Part shown: positions 1 through 7,430 of the stretch, piece by piece | Layout: each line of letters begins with the position of its first letter | Numbering within the stretch: position 1 is the first letter of the stretch | Assembly (NCBI GenBank): GCA_036735445.1 | Contig: DAINOM010000001.1 | Span: 65,248-89,247, forward strand | Direction: 5' to 3' | DNA: 24,000 bases | Source of the DNA: Propionicimonas sp. | GTDB lineage: Bacteria; Actinomycetota; Actinomycetes; Propionibacteriales; Propionibacteriaceae | The notes under the pieces: model-generated | Databases searched by the model: none | The model's input: the letters and a program-made list of their open reading frames with translations, nothing else | What the model was told of the DNA's origin: nothing | Made by a program: the position numbers and the translations under genes

Positions 1-362
1 GTGCGCCGGGACGGGCGCTCGCGCAGCACCGCCCAGGCACTGATCGCGACGATCAGCGGCATCACCGCGGCGATCACCCCGGCCTGGCTCGAACTGGTGA
101 ACCGGATCGCGAAGCCCTCGAGCGTGAAGTAGAGGCACGGGATGAACAGCGTGGCGAGCGCGAGGACCTTCCAGTCACCGGGTTCGTAGGCGGGCCGCTT
201 CACCAGCGGCAGCAGCGGCAGGAACCCGATCAGGGCGACGATCATCCGCAGCCAGACCACGTACATCGGCGGCAGGGCGGCGTAGGCGCTCTTGGTGACC
301 GCGAAGCTGGTCCCCCACAGCAGCACCGCACCGCCCAGGTAGGCGAGGGCACGCAGGTTCAC
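1..362 (-). CDS. EamA/DMT-family transporter, N-terminal part (gene continues past the window start)
   Basis: Absent from the ORF track because it runs off the edge. The reverse complement from GTG at 362..360 reads VNLRALAYLGGAVLLWGTSFAVTKSAYAALPPMYVVWLRMIVALIGFLPLLPLVKRPAYEPGDWKVLALATLFIPCLYFTLEGFAIRF... It has hydrophobic TM segments, the WGxxF..K signature typical of EamA N-termini, and G/C-dominated third codon positions. Confidence 0.65.
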   Translation of the reverse strand, partial: MNLRALAYLGGAVLLWGTSFAVTKSAYAALPPMYVVWLRMIVALIGFLPLLPLVKRPAYEPGDWKVLALATLFIPCLYFTLEGFAIRFTSSSQAGVIAAVMPLIVAISAWAVLRERPSRR

Positions 363-470
363 TGCTCTCACGGACGACCTTCTGCGATTCGCGGACGACA
401 GGAGAGCCCAGCGTAAGTCCATCGGCCGCCCGGACGATCACCCGGCCGCGGGTCGACCAGTGCGCCACAT

Positions 471-548
471 GTCGTCCCGGCGAACGCCGGATCCCTGCAC
501 CAGCCCCGCGGGTCAGCCTACGAGATCCCGGGTCAAGCCCGGGATGAC
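471..548. repeat. REP/BIME-like palindromic element, copy 1 (two hairpin units, tail-to-tail)
   Basis: GTCGTCCCGGCGAACGCCGGATCCC - 27 nt spacer - GATCCCGGGTCAAGCCCGGGATGAC. These are the same hairpin units as at 4385-4470 and 13759-13844, in the opposite relative arrangement. Intergenic, between divergent genes. Confidence 0.7.
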
Positions 549-576
549 GGTGGCCGGGGTTGGGCACCCCAACCGC

Positions 577-672
577 TCCCTGAGGAGCCCGGAGAGGAAC
601 GAGCCGGGCGTCACGAAGGGCAGGTGACCGGCATGCCCTTCGTGACGCTCGCTGGCGCTCGCTCCTCAGGGA
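577..672. repeat. 96-bp imperfect palindrome (nested hairpin), unknown function
   Basis: The outer 12-bp arms TCCCTGAGGAGC (577-588) and GCTCCTCAGGGA (661-672) are perfect complements. The inner 15-bp arms GCGTCACGAAGGGCA (608-622) and TGCCCTTCGTGACGC (634-648) are also perfect, with an 11-nt loop. Sits 78 nt upstream of the qor-like start in a divergent promoter region. Confidence 0.6.
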
Positions 673-749
673 CCGATGTGACCGTCAGGACAGGGCGGCG
701 ATCTCGACTAGCTGCCTTCGCCGACCCAGCCGAGGCTATCGTCAGGGGT

Positions 750-1733
750 ATGCGCGCGATCCAGCTCCAGCAGCCCGGTGGCCCCGAGTCCCTCGACCTG
801 GTCGACCTCCCCGATCCGCTCCCCGGGGCCGGTGAGGTCGTGGCGCGGGTGGCGGCTGCCGGGGTGAACTTCATCGACACCTACCGCCGCTCCGGTGTGT
901 ACCCTGTGCCGTTCCCGCACGTCCCCGGCGACGAGGGCGCGGGCGTGGTGGTCGCGGTCGGGGACGGCGTGGACGACATCGCGATCGGCGACCGGATCGC
1001 GTGGACGGACGCCCCCGGTTCCTACGCAGAACTCGTCACGGTCAAGGCGGCGCGCGCTCTGCGCGTCCCGGACGGTGTCGCCCTCGACACGGCCGCCGCG
1101 CTGCCCCTGCAGGGCATGACCGCCCACTACCTGGCCACGTCCACCTACCCGTTGGGCGGCGGGGACGTCGCCCTCGTCCACGCCGGCGCCGGCGGCGTGG
1201 GCCTGCTGCTGACGCAGCTCGCGGTGGCCCGGGGCGCCCGGGTGATCACCACGGTCTCCACCGCGGAGAAGGCGGAGCTGTCCCGGGCCGCCGGCGCCTC
1301 GGACGTGATCCGCTACGACCAGCTGGGCGACCTCACCGCCGAGTTGCCAGCCCTGGTGCGCGAGCTGTCGGACGGCGGCGCCACGGTCGTCTACGACGGC
1401 GTCGGCCGCACCACCTTCGACGCCTCCCTGGCGAGCCTGCGACGGCGCGGGATGCTCGTGCTGTTCGGCGGCGCGAGCGGCCAGGTGCCGCCCTTCGACC
1501 TGCAGCGGCTCAACGCCGGCGGCTCGCTGTACGTCACCAGGCCGAAGCTGGGCGATTACATCGTCACCACCGAGGAGTTGCGGCAACGCTCCGACGACCT
1601 CTTCGCCGCGGTGGCCGCCGGCGCACTCGACGTCCGCATCGGCGCCCGTTTCCCGCTCGCGGAGGCCGCCGACGCCCATCGTGCCCTCGAAGGACGCGCG
1701 ACCACGGGAAAGGTGCTCCTCGAGATCGGCTGA
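750..1733 (+). CDS. qor: NADPH:quinone oxidoreductase (zinc-independent MDR family, Qor-like)
   Basis: From ORF 624..1733. I place the start at MRAIQLQQPGGPESL (ATG 750), the typical Qor N-terminus. Motifs: AAGVNFIDTYRRSGVYP, the AGAGGVG Rossmann motif, and the C-terminal HRALEGRATTGKVLL. The upstream extension 624-749 falls inside the palindrome. Confidence 0.9.
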   Translation: MRAIQLQQPGGPESLDLVDLPDPLPGAGEVVARVAAAGVNFIDTYRRSGVYPVPFPHVPGDEGAGVVVAVGDGVDDIAIGDRIAWTDAPGSYAELVTVKAARALRVPDGVALDTAAALPLQGMTAHYLATSTYPLGGGDVALVHAGAGGVGLLLTQLAVARGARVITTVSTAEKAELSRAAGASDVIRYDQLGDLTAELPALVRELSDGGATVVYDGVGRTTFDASLASLRRRGMLVLFGGASGQVPPFDLQRLNAGGSLYVTRPKLGDYIVTTEELRQRSDDLFAAVAAGALDVRIGARFPLAEAADAHRALEGRATTGKVLLEIG

Positions 1734-1817
1734 TCGCAGGGTCCGGGTGGGACCGCGGTTCCGTCATCCGAGACGCCGATGCGACGCGGAGCCCGTCCGG
1801 CGGCTATCTTCGTTGCC

Positions 1818-1889
1818 ATGAGTCCGGACCTGGTGCGCGCAGGCGCTGTCGCCATGGTCTGTGGTTGTTGTTGTCGAATGTCGTTCTGA
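1818..1889 (+). CDS. Candidate 23-aa short ORF with a cysteine cluster (MSPDLVRAGAVAMVCGCCCRMSF); speculative
   Basis: Read directly: ATG 1818, TGA 1887-1889. The cysteines come from a GTT/TGT-rich microsatellite-like run (tgtggttgttgttgtcg) that is atypically AT-rich for this DNA. No Shine-Dalgarno sequence seen. Confidence 0.12.
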   Translation: MSPDLVRAGAVAMVCGCCCRMSF

Positions 1890-1969
1890 CGTTCCTGACC
1901 CAACCCGAACTCGCCGCAGCCTGAGCGCGTCCCGCCGTGGCTGCGAGCCACAAACCGAGGACTCACCCA

Positions 1970-2164
1970 ATGGCACTCCTGATCGAGACCCATCCGTCCA
2001 CCCGGATCGCGCCGCGCCCGGCCCCGCACCGGCGCACGCCGTCCCGGCCGACGCGGGCGGTCTACTCCGTCCCCGAGGGCGGCCTGCTGCTCTTCCCCGG
2101 CGCACCCGCCGGGATCGCCGCCCCTGCCCAACTCGGGCCGGACATGGTGTTCCCGCCCCGCTGA
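1970..2164 (+). CDS. Hypothetical small Pro/Arg-rich protein (64 aa)
   Basis: Internal ATG of ORF 1937..2164, preceded by GAGGA 8 nt upstream. Third codon positions are almost all G/C in this frame only. No recognisable domain; it could be a gene remnant. Confidence 0.3.
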   Translation: MALLIETHPSTRIAPRPAPHRRTPSRPTRAVYSVPEGGLLLFPGAPAGIAAPAQLGPDMVFPPR

Positions 2165-2166
2165 CG

Positions 2167-2421
2167 TCAGGGACGAGCGTCCTTCACCTCGGCGAGCCAC
2201 TCGGCGTCGAACGCCAGGTCGAGCTTCTCCAGCCGGGCGATGTCGCCGGCGATCCGGTCGCAGGTCCTACGGACCTCCGGACGGCCGGCGGCCAGCTCGT
2301 TCAGCTCGTGCCAGATCCCGGCGAGCTCCTCGATCAGCAGCTTGTTCGACTCGATCGCGCGCACGCGCACCTGCGCGGCCTGGCCTCGTAGCTCGGCGAT
2401 GCGGCCGTTCGGTTCGTCCAT
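2167..2421 (-). CDS. Hypothetical small helical protein (84 aa)
   Basis: ORF 2167..2421 has a strong G/C third-position bias in frame and a heptad-like, charged, helix-prone sequence (IAELRGQAAQVRVRAIESNKLLIEELAGIWHELNELAA). No family recognised. It lies 59 nt downstream of the SDR gene on the same strand. Confidence 0.55.
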   Translation of the reverse strand: MDEPNGRIAELRGQAAQVRVRAIESNKLLIEELAGIWHELNELAAGRPEVRRTCDRIAGDIARLEKLDLAFDAEWLAEVKDARP

Positions 2422-2480
2422 GACCTCATGCTAGGGGCGGGCGGGTCCGCGCGGGCAGAACCGACGGCAGCGGCCGCGGC

Positions 2481-3239
2481 TCAGGCGTTGCCGCCGCCGT
2501 CCACGCTCAGCGCGGAGCCGGTGACGTAGCTGGACTCGTCACTGGCCAGCCAGACCACGGCGGCCGCGATCTCGGACGGCTCGCCCATCCGTCCCAGCGG
2601 CCGGTCCGCGGCCTCGGCGAGGAAGCTCTGCGCGTCCTGGTGCAGCTGGCTGGCCTCGTTGCGCAGCATGTCGGTGTTCACGTCGCCGGGGTTGACCGAG
2701 TTCACCCGGATGCCCTGGGGACCGTGGTCGATGGCCAGCGCACGGGTCAGGTTCACCACCGCACCCTTGGACGCGCAGTACGACACCGCCCGGCCGCCGC
2801 CCTTCAGGCCCCAGCCCGAGCCGGTGTTGATGATCGAGCCACCGCCCGCGGCGGCCATGATCGGCACCACCTCGCGGCACATCAGGAAGATCGAGCGGAC
2901 GTTCACCGCGAACACCCGGTCCCACTCGTCGACCGAGATGTCCTCGACGGTGGTGCGGCGGATGATGCCGGCGTTGTTGAACACGACGTCCACCGTGCCG
3001 AACGCCTCGACGGTGGCCGCGACGACGGCCTTGATCTCCGCCTCGCTGGACACGTCCGCGGGCGCGGCGATCGCCGTCCCGCCGGCGGCCAGGACCTGGG
3101 CCACCGTCTGTGCCGCCGCGTCCGGGTTGATGTCGACCACGGCCACCCTCGCGCCCTCCGCGGCGAATGCCAGCGCCGTGGCCCTGCCGATGCCGCCACC
3201 ACCACCGGTGACGATCGCCGCCTTGCCGGCAAGCCTCAT
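2481..3239 (-). CDS. Short-chain dehydrogenase/reductase (classical SDR, FabG-like)
   Basis: Start at MRLAGKAAIVTGGGGGIGRA (ATG 3239..3237) with AGGAG 6 nt upstream. Motifs: TGxxxGIG, NNAG, and the YCASKGAV catalytic Tyr-x3-Lys. The longer ORF 2481..3947 is an out-of-gene extension. Confidence 0.9.
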   Translation of the reverse strand: MRLAGKAAIVTGGGGGIGRATALAFAAEGARVAVVDINPDAAAQTVAQVLAAGGTAIAAPADVSSEAEIKAVVAATVEAFGTVDVVFNNAGIIRRTTVEDISVDEWDRVFAVNVRSIFLMCREVVPIMAAAGGGSIINTGSGWGLKGGGRAVSYCASKGAVVNLTRALAIDHGPQGIRVNSVNPGDVNTDMLRNEASQLHQDAQSFLAEAADRPLGRMGEPSEIAAAVVWLASDESSYVTGSALSVDGGGNA

Positions 3240-3262
3240 GTCGTGCTCCTGTCGTGTCGGGA

Positions 3263-4447
3263 TCATTGTGCTGAAGCAATCGGATACATGGCCATGCTGC
3301 CCGGTCCGGTCACCACCCGGACGTGCCCCGCCAGCTCGGCGTCCAGCGTCGGGTCGCCCGTGTCGAGCAGCAGCGGACGGCCGGCGAGGTCGAGCAGCTT
3401 CTGCTCCGTGGCGACGACCAGCAGCGGCTCGGGTGCGAGTGCCCGCAGCACTCGCGGCGACAGCTGCTGGTTGCCGCGGCCGATCAGGAAGCCCTGGCCG
3501 CCGATCACGGTCACCACGGCGCGCGCGGGGCCGTCCGCGACGTGTTCGAACAGTTCGGGCTCGGCGGCGTCCCTGGCCAGCAGCCGCCCGTCGAGCAGGA
3601 CGTCGACGCCGAGCGGGGACGGGGCCACGCCCAGCTGCCGGCCCAGTTCGGCGATGGTGCCGCCCGGCCCCAGCAGGTAGCGCACGCCGGGCTCGAGGCG
3701 GGCGAGCGCACCGCGGGCGGACGCGGCCACCGCGGCCGCCTCCGACGCCGGCGTGGCGGCCTTGCGGGCCTGGGTCCGTCCGGCCCACTCGGGGACGGGG
3801 ACCAGCGCGTGCAGCCGGGGCTCGGTCCGGCCGGCCCGCAGGGCGTCCTCGTCGATGTCGAGCACTTCGGCGGTGCGGGTCGGCAGCCCTCCGTCCAGCC
3901 AGCGGACGGCGAGCGCTCCGGCGGCCTCCGGGCCCACGGCGAAGCACGAGGAGTACATCTTGACCCCGGCGGGCACGCCCAGCATCGGCACGCCCTCGGG
4001 GAGCCCGGCGACCACGTCCCGCGCCGTGCCGTCCCCGCCGACGAACAGCACCAGGCCGGCGCCCGCCGCGACCAGGGCCGCGGTCGCGGCAGTGGTGTCG
4101 TCGCCGCTGGTGTCGGACGATCCCGGCGCCCAGACAGCCTCACCGCGCAGCCCTGCCCGGGCCACCGCATCGGCCCCCATCGGCCCGGCAGCCGTCAGGA
4201 TGCGAACGTCCGGCAGCGCCGTCGCCAGCACGCCGAGCATGCGCGCCGCCCGATCACCGGCATGCGGTTCTGCGCCACGGGCTCGCGCCAGTTGCTGCGT
4301 GGCCGTCCCGTCGCTGCCCTTCAGCCCGGCCGGGCCGCCCAGCCCCGCGACGGGGTTGACGACCAGGCCGAGCAGTCCGGTCCAGGGATCCCGGATCAAG
4401 TCCGGGATGACGCGGGAGAGCACGGGACGACGGTTGAGGGACGTCAT
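3263..4447 (-). CDS. ATP-NAD kinase family protein (NAD kinase / diacylglycerol-kinase fold, AcoX-like); substrate unknown
   Basis: GLVVNPVAGLGGPAGLKGSDG near the N-terminus and the FVGGDGTARDV (GGDGT) motif. ATG 4447..4445 overlaps the upstream stop (ATGA). The first ~20 codons ([22 protein letters not shown]) are encoded by repeat copy 2, so the native start is uncertain. Confidence 0.82.
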   Translation of the reverse strand: MTSLNRRPVLSRVIPDLIRDPWTGLLGLVVNPVAGLGGPAGLKGSDGTATQQLARARGAEPHAGDRAARMLGVLATALPDVRILTAAGPMGADAVARAGLRGEAVWAPGSSDTSGDDTTAATAALVAAGAGLVLFVGGDGTARDVVAGLPEGVPMLGVPAGVKMYSSCFAVGPEAAGALAVRWLDGGLPTRTAEVLDIDEDALRAGRTEPRLHALVPVPEWAGRTQARKAATPASEAAAVAASARGALARLEPGVRYLLGPGGTIAELGRQLGVAPSPLGVDVLLDGRLLARDAAEPELFEHVADGPARAVVTVIGGQGFLIGRGNQQLSPRVLRALAPEPLLVVATEQKLLDLAGRPLLLDTGDPTLDAELAGHVRVVTGPGSMAMYPIASAQ

Positions 4448-4470
4448 CCCGGAACAGACCCGGGATCCCC
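4385..4470. repeat. REP/BIME-like palindromic element, copy 2 (86 bp, head-to-head units)
   Basis: GGGATCCCGGATCAAGTCCGGGATGAC - 31 nt - GTCATCCCGGAACAGACCCGGGATCCCC. Same length and architecture as the copy at 13759-13844. It spans the GcvPB-like stop and the NADK-like start. Confidence 0.75.
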
Positions 4471-6030
4471 GTAGCCGTACTTGCGCCGGTAGGCCCGCCA
4501 GCTGGTGGCCCAGCGGGCGGGATCGTCCAGGTCGTCGTGGTGGGTGTGGTGGACGGTCTGGTTGTGCGGGGCGGCACGGACCACGTCGGGCGCCTCCCTG
4601 GCCTCGCGGGCGACCTGCGCGAGCACGTCCGCGTACTCGTCCAGTTCGGCCTTCGAGTACGACTCGGTCGGCTCGAGCGTGAACGGCTGCGGAACCACGT
4701 ACGGGTGGTGGCTGGTCCAGTAGTGCATGCCGTAGTCGGACGCCCGGATGCCCAGCTCCTCCGAGCTGATCCCCGTCTCCTCGTACAGGTCCTGCCACGA
4801 GTAGCGCACCTGCTCGATCCGCCGCCGGCCGGTGGCGTACGGGGCCGACGCACCGGGGATGTCCAGCACCCTGGCCATCAGGTAGTTGTTGTTCAGCACC
4901 GCCGTCTCGGCCACCGCCCTGAGCCCGTCGGCACCCAGCGCACGGATCCACGCGTACGCCCGGACGATGTTCGGCACCACCCCGTAGAACGGTGCCACCT
5001 TGCCGATCGAGAGCGGACGGTCGTCGTCGAGGCGGTAGGCGTCCCCGTCCCGCACCACCAGCGGACGGGGCAGGAACGGCACCAGGTGCGCGGCCACCCC
5101 GTTCGCCCCGGCTCCCGGACCGCCCGAGCCGTGCGGCGTGCCGAAGGTCTTGTGCAGGTTGAAGTGGCAGACGTCGAAGCCGGCGTCGCGGGCGCGGGTG
5201 ATGCCGAGGATGCCGTTGGCGTTGGCCTGGTCGTACGACGCCAGCGCCCCGACCGAGTGCGCCAGCTCCACCCACTCGGCGATCCGCGGGTTGTAGATGC
5301 CGGTGTCCTCGGGATTGGTCACCATGATCGCCGCGGTCCGCGGCGACAGCGCCTGCCGGAAGGCCTCGATGTCGGGGTAGCCGTCCGCGTCCGGATAGAT
5401 CGTGATCACGTCGTACCCGGCCGCCTTCGCCGTGGCGGCGTTCGACGGGTGGCTGAAGATCGTGGTGATCACCTCGGTGCGCTGCCCGGCCTCGCCGCGC
5501 GCCTCGAAGTAGGCCCGGATCATCGCGATGTTCGTCCAGATCGCCGCCGAGCCGCCCTGCGTGTGCAGCCCGACCTCGTCCATGCCGGAGATCTCGGCGA
5601 GCATCCGCTGGGTCCGCCAGATGATCTCCAGGACGCCCTGCGCGTCGGCCTGCTCCTGCAACGGGTGCAGGTCCAGCAGCGACGGGTGCGCGGCGAGCCC
5701 GTCGTTCACCTTCGGCGAGTACTTCATCGTGCAGGTGCCCTGACCGACGTCGACGTTGAAGTCCGCGCCGAGGTTCTCCTGGGACAGCCGCAGGTAGTGC
5801 TTCAGCACCCGCATCTGGCCCACCTCGGGCAGGCCCGGGAGGCTGGACCGGCGCAGCCCGTCCGGCAGGCCGGCGACCACGTCCCCGACGAGCTCGCGGA
5901 CGCCGGGCTCGACCTGGCTCGGGATCACCCCGCGCTCGCCCGGGGCGTCGAGTTCGAAGAGCACCGGCTCGTCCCAGCGGGCCTGGTGGAACCGGCGCAG
6001 CGCCGGCCTGGGGGCGACGGGAAGGCTCAT
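4444..6030 (-). CDS. gcvPB: Glycine dehydrogenase (aminomethyl-transferring) subunit 2-like, GcvPB-like PLP enzyme
   Basis: Start at MSLPVAPRP (ATG 6030..6028), overlapping the GcvPA-like stop (ATGA). Motifs: GTCTMKYSPK and the PLP-lysine motif HFNLHKTFGTPHGSGGPGAG. The C-terminal ...GDPGSVPG is encoded by repeat copy 2. Confidence 0.88.
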   Translation of the reverse strand: MSLPVAPRPALRRFHQARWDEPVLFELDAPGERGVIPSQVEPGVRELVGDVVAGLPDGLRRSSLPGLPEVGQMRVLKHYLRLSQENLGADFNVDVGQGTCTMKYSPKVNDGLAAHPSLLDLHPLQEQADAQGVLEIIWRTQRMLAEISGMDEVGLHTQGGSAAIWTNIAMIRAYFEARGEAGQRTEVITTIFSHPSNAATAKAAGYDVITIYPDADGYPDIEAFRQALSPRTAAIMVTNPEDTGIYNPRIAEWVELAHSVGALASYDQANANGILGITRARDAGFDVCHFNLHKTFGTPHGSGGPGAGANGVAAHLVPFLPRPLVVRDGDAYRLDDDRPLSIGKVAPFYGVVPNIVRAYAWIRALGADGLRAVAETAVLNNNYLMARVLDIPGASAPYATGRRRIEQVRYSWQDLYEETGISSEELGIRASDYGMHYWTSHHPYVVPQPFTLEPTESYSKAELDEYADVLAQVAREAREAPDVVRAAPHNQTVHHTHHDDLDDPARWATSWRAYRRKYGYGDPGSVPG

Positions 6031-7397
6031 GCTCGCACCTCCTGGGCGACTCCGGCGACCGCGGCGACGAGCGCGTCGATGTCGTCCGCGGTGTTCAGCT
6101 CGGTGACACAGACCAGCAGCCGGCGGTCGTCCAGCGGCACGCCGGGGGCGATCCCCTGCGGTCGCAGGCTTTCGACGAGGTCCGCGGGGGTCGTCCCCGA
6201 CAGTTCGATCGTGAACTCCCGGAAGTGGATCGCCTCGTCGCCGAGACGGACGCCGGGCACCGCCTGCAGCCGCCGCTGGGCGTACCGCGTCCGGGCGAGG
6301 ACGGTCTCGCCCAGCTCGGCCATGCCGAGCGGGCCCAGCAACGCCAGGTACACGCCGGCGGCGATCCCCCACAGGGCGGCGGCGGTGCCCACCCACTCCT
6401 TGCCCTCCTCGCGCAGCGCGAAGGAGGTGCGCTCATAGGCCACGTCGCCGAAGCCGTACTCGCCGGGGACGTCGGTCGCGGCCAGCCCGAACAGCCGGGA
6501 CGGCAGCTCCATCACGAACCTCGGGTCGTCGTGCACCGCGAGGAACCCGCCGTGCGCGCCGCCGTACCAGGCGTGCAGCCCGAGCGACTGCAGGTCGCCG
6601 CAGACGATGTCCGCGCCCTGGTCGGCCGGCGGGGTGAGCACGCCGCAACAGATCGGGTCGGTGCTCACCACGACGATCGAGCCCACCGCGTGCGCGGCCT
6701 CGGCCAGTTCGGCCAGTCCGGTCTCGATCGCGCCGGTGTGGCTCGGGGTCTCCACCCAGACCGCCGCCACCGAGTCGTCGAGCGCCGCGACCAGCGCGGG
6801 CACGTCGGCCGTCGCGTTCCGGGTGGGCACGTCGACCAGGTCGAGGCCCGTCCGGACGAAGTCGTGCACCCGCGACCGGCGGTCGGGCAGCACGTCGGAC
6901 GCCACCAGCACCCTGCGCCGGCCGGTGATCCGGCCGGCCATGGCGAGCGCGGTCGACGCGGCCTGGAGGCTGTCGTAGGTGGGCACGGTGACCACGTCCA
7001 TCGCCAGCAGCTCGGCCATCAGCGACTCGTACTCGAACAGCGCCTGGAAACGGCCGTGGTCCTCGTAGGGCTCGCCGGCATAGGCGGTGAGGAATTCGCT
7101 GCGGCCGATCACCTCGTCCACCACGGCGGGGACGTGGTGCAGGTAGGTGCCCGCGCCGAGGAAGCTGCGGCCCGGCGCGAGCGGACGGTTGCGGTCGAGC
7201 AGGCCACTGACGTGCCGGACGAGGTCCTGCTCGGCCACCAGCGCGGGCGGCAGGTCCAGGGGACGCTGCAGCCGCAGCGCCGCGGGAACGTCGGCGTAGA
7301 ACTCGTCCACGCAGGCGGCACCCACCGCGGCCAGCATCGCCGCCCTGGCCTCGGGCGCGGTGTTGGGGATGTACGGGTGGACGTACGGCGCGGTCAT
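6027..7397 (-). CDS. gcvPA: Glycine dehydrogenase (aminomethyl-transferring) subunit 1-like, GcvPA-like
   Basis: MTAPYVHPYIPNTAPEARAAMLAAVGAACVDEFYADVP resembles the GcvPA N-terminus (..YIPhT..). Also SEFLTAYAGEPYEDHGRFQALFEYESLMAEL. The start is ambiguous: ATG 7397, or ATG 7409 / GTG 7406, with AGGAGG at 7411-7416. Confidence 0.85.
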   Translation of the reverse strand: MTAPYVHPYIPNTAPEARAAMLAAVGAACVDEFYADVPAALRLQRPLDLPPALVAEQDLVRHVSGLLDRNRPLAPGRSFLGAGTYLHHVPAVVDEVIGRSEFLTAYAGEPYEDHGRFQALFEYESLMAELLAMDVVTVPTYDSLQAASTALAMAGRITGRRRVLVASDVLPDRRSRVHDFVRTGLDLVDVPTRNATADVPALVAALDDSVAAVWVETPSHTGAIETGLAELAEAAHAVGSIVVVSTDPICCGVLTPPADQGADIVCGDLQSLGLHAWYGGAHGGFLAVHDDPRFVMELPSRLFGLAATDVPGEYGFGDVAYERTSFALREEGKEWVGTAAALWGIAAGVYLALLGPLGMAELGETVLARTRYAQRRLQAVPGVRLGDEAIHFREFTIELSGTTPADLVESLRPQGIAPGVPLDDRRLLVCVTELNTADDIDALVAAVAGVAQEVRA

Positions 7398-7430
7398 CGG
7401 CTGCACCATCCCTCCTGCGAGCTTCTGCAC

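Noticed and set aside
624-749. A 42-residue N-terminal extension of the quinone oxidoreductase ORF
   Set aside because: It is encoded by the 96-bp palindrome. Qor-type proteins start at the MRAI...GGPE motif found at 750.
1734-1817. A search for a terminator or ncRNA after the qor-like gene
   Set aside because: Only weak 5-6 bp hairpins (GGTCC-GGGTG-GGACC) are present, with no U-tract. I see no similarity to any RNA family I can recognise by eye.
3261-3290. The locally AT-richer segment GATCATTGTGCTGAAGCAATCGGATACATGG, considered as a fifth operator copy
   Set aside because: It lacks the CTGAATACA / GTAT..ATAC core. It lies within the 3' end of the NADK-like coding sequence rather than in a promoter gap.
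3948-5275. The upstream part of the 670-aa ORF 3263..5275 and the 488-aa ORF 2481..3947, which would give much longer proteins
   Set aside because: These extensions are Arg/Pro/Gly/Ala low-complexity translations that overlap the well-supported GcvPB-like and NADK-like genes in other frames. Homology-type sequence begins only at the internal starts (4447 and 3239), and both of those have RBS or coupling signals.
4537-6438. Long antisense or shadow ORFs. Examples: 4537..6438 +, 6225..7514 +, 7360..9234 +, 9971..10999 +, 11404..12237 +, 14322..16187 +, 21042..22109 -, 22186..23916 -, 708..1679 -, 1001..1924 +, 2659..3963 +.
   Set aside because: These are typical stop-codon-poor alternative frames of very GC-rich DNA. 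Their translations are repetitive R/G/P/A/H/D strings without motifs, and each lies opposite or out of frame to a gene with clear family signatures.
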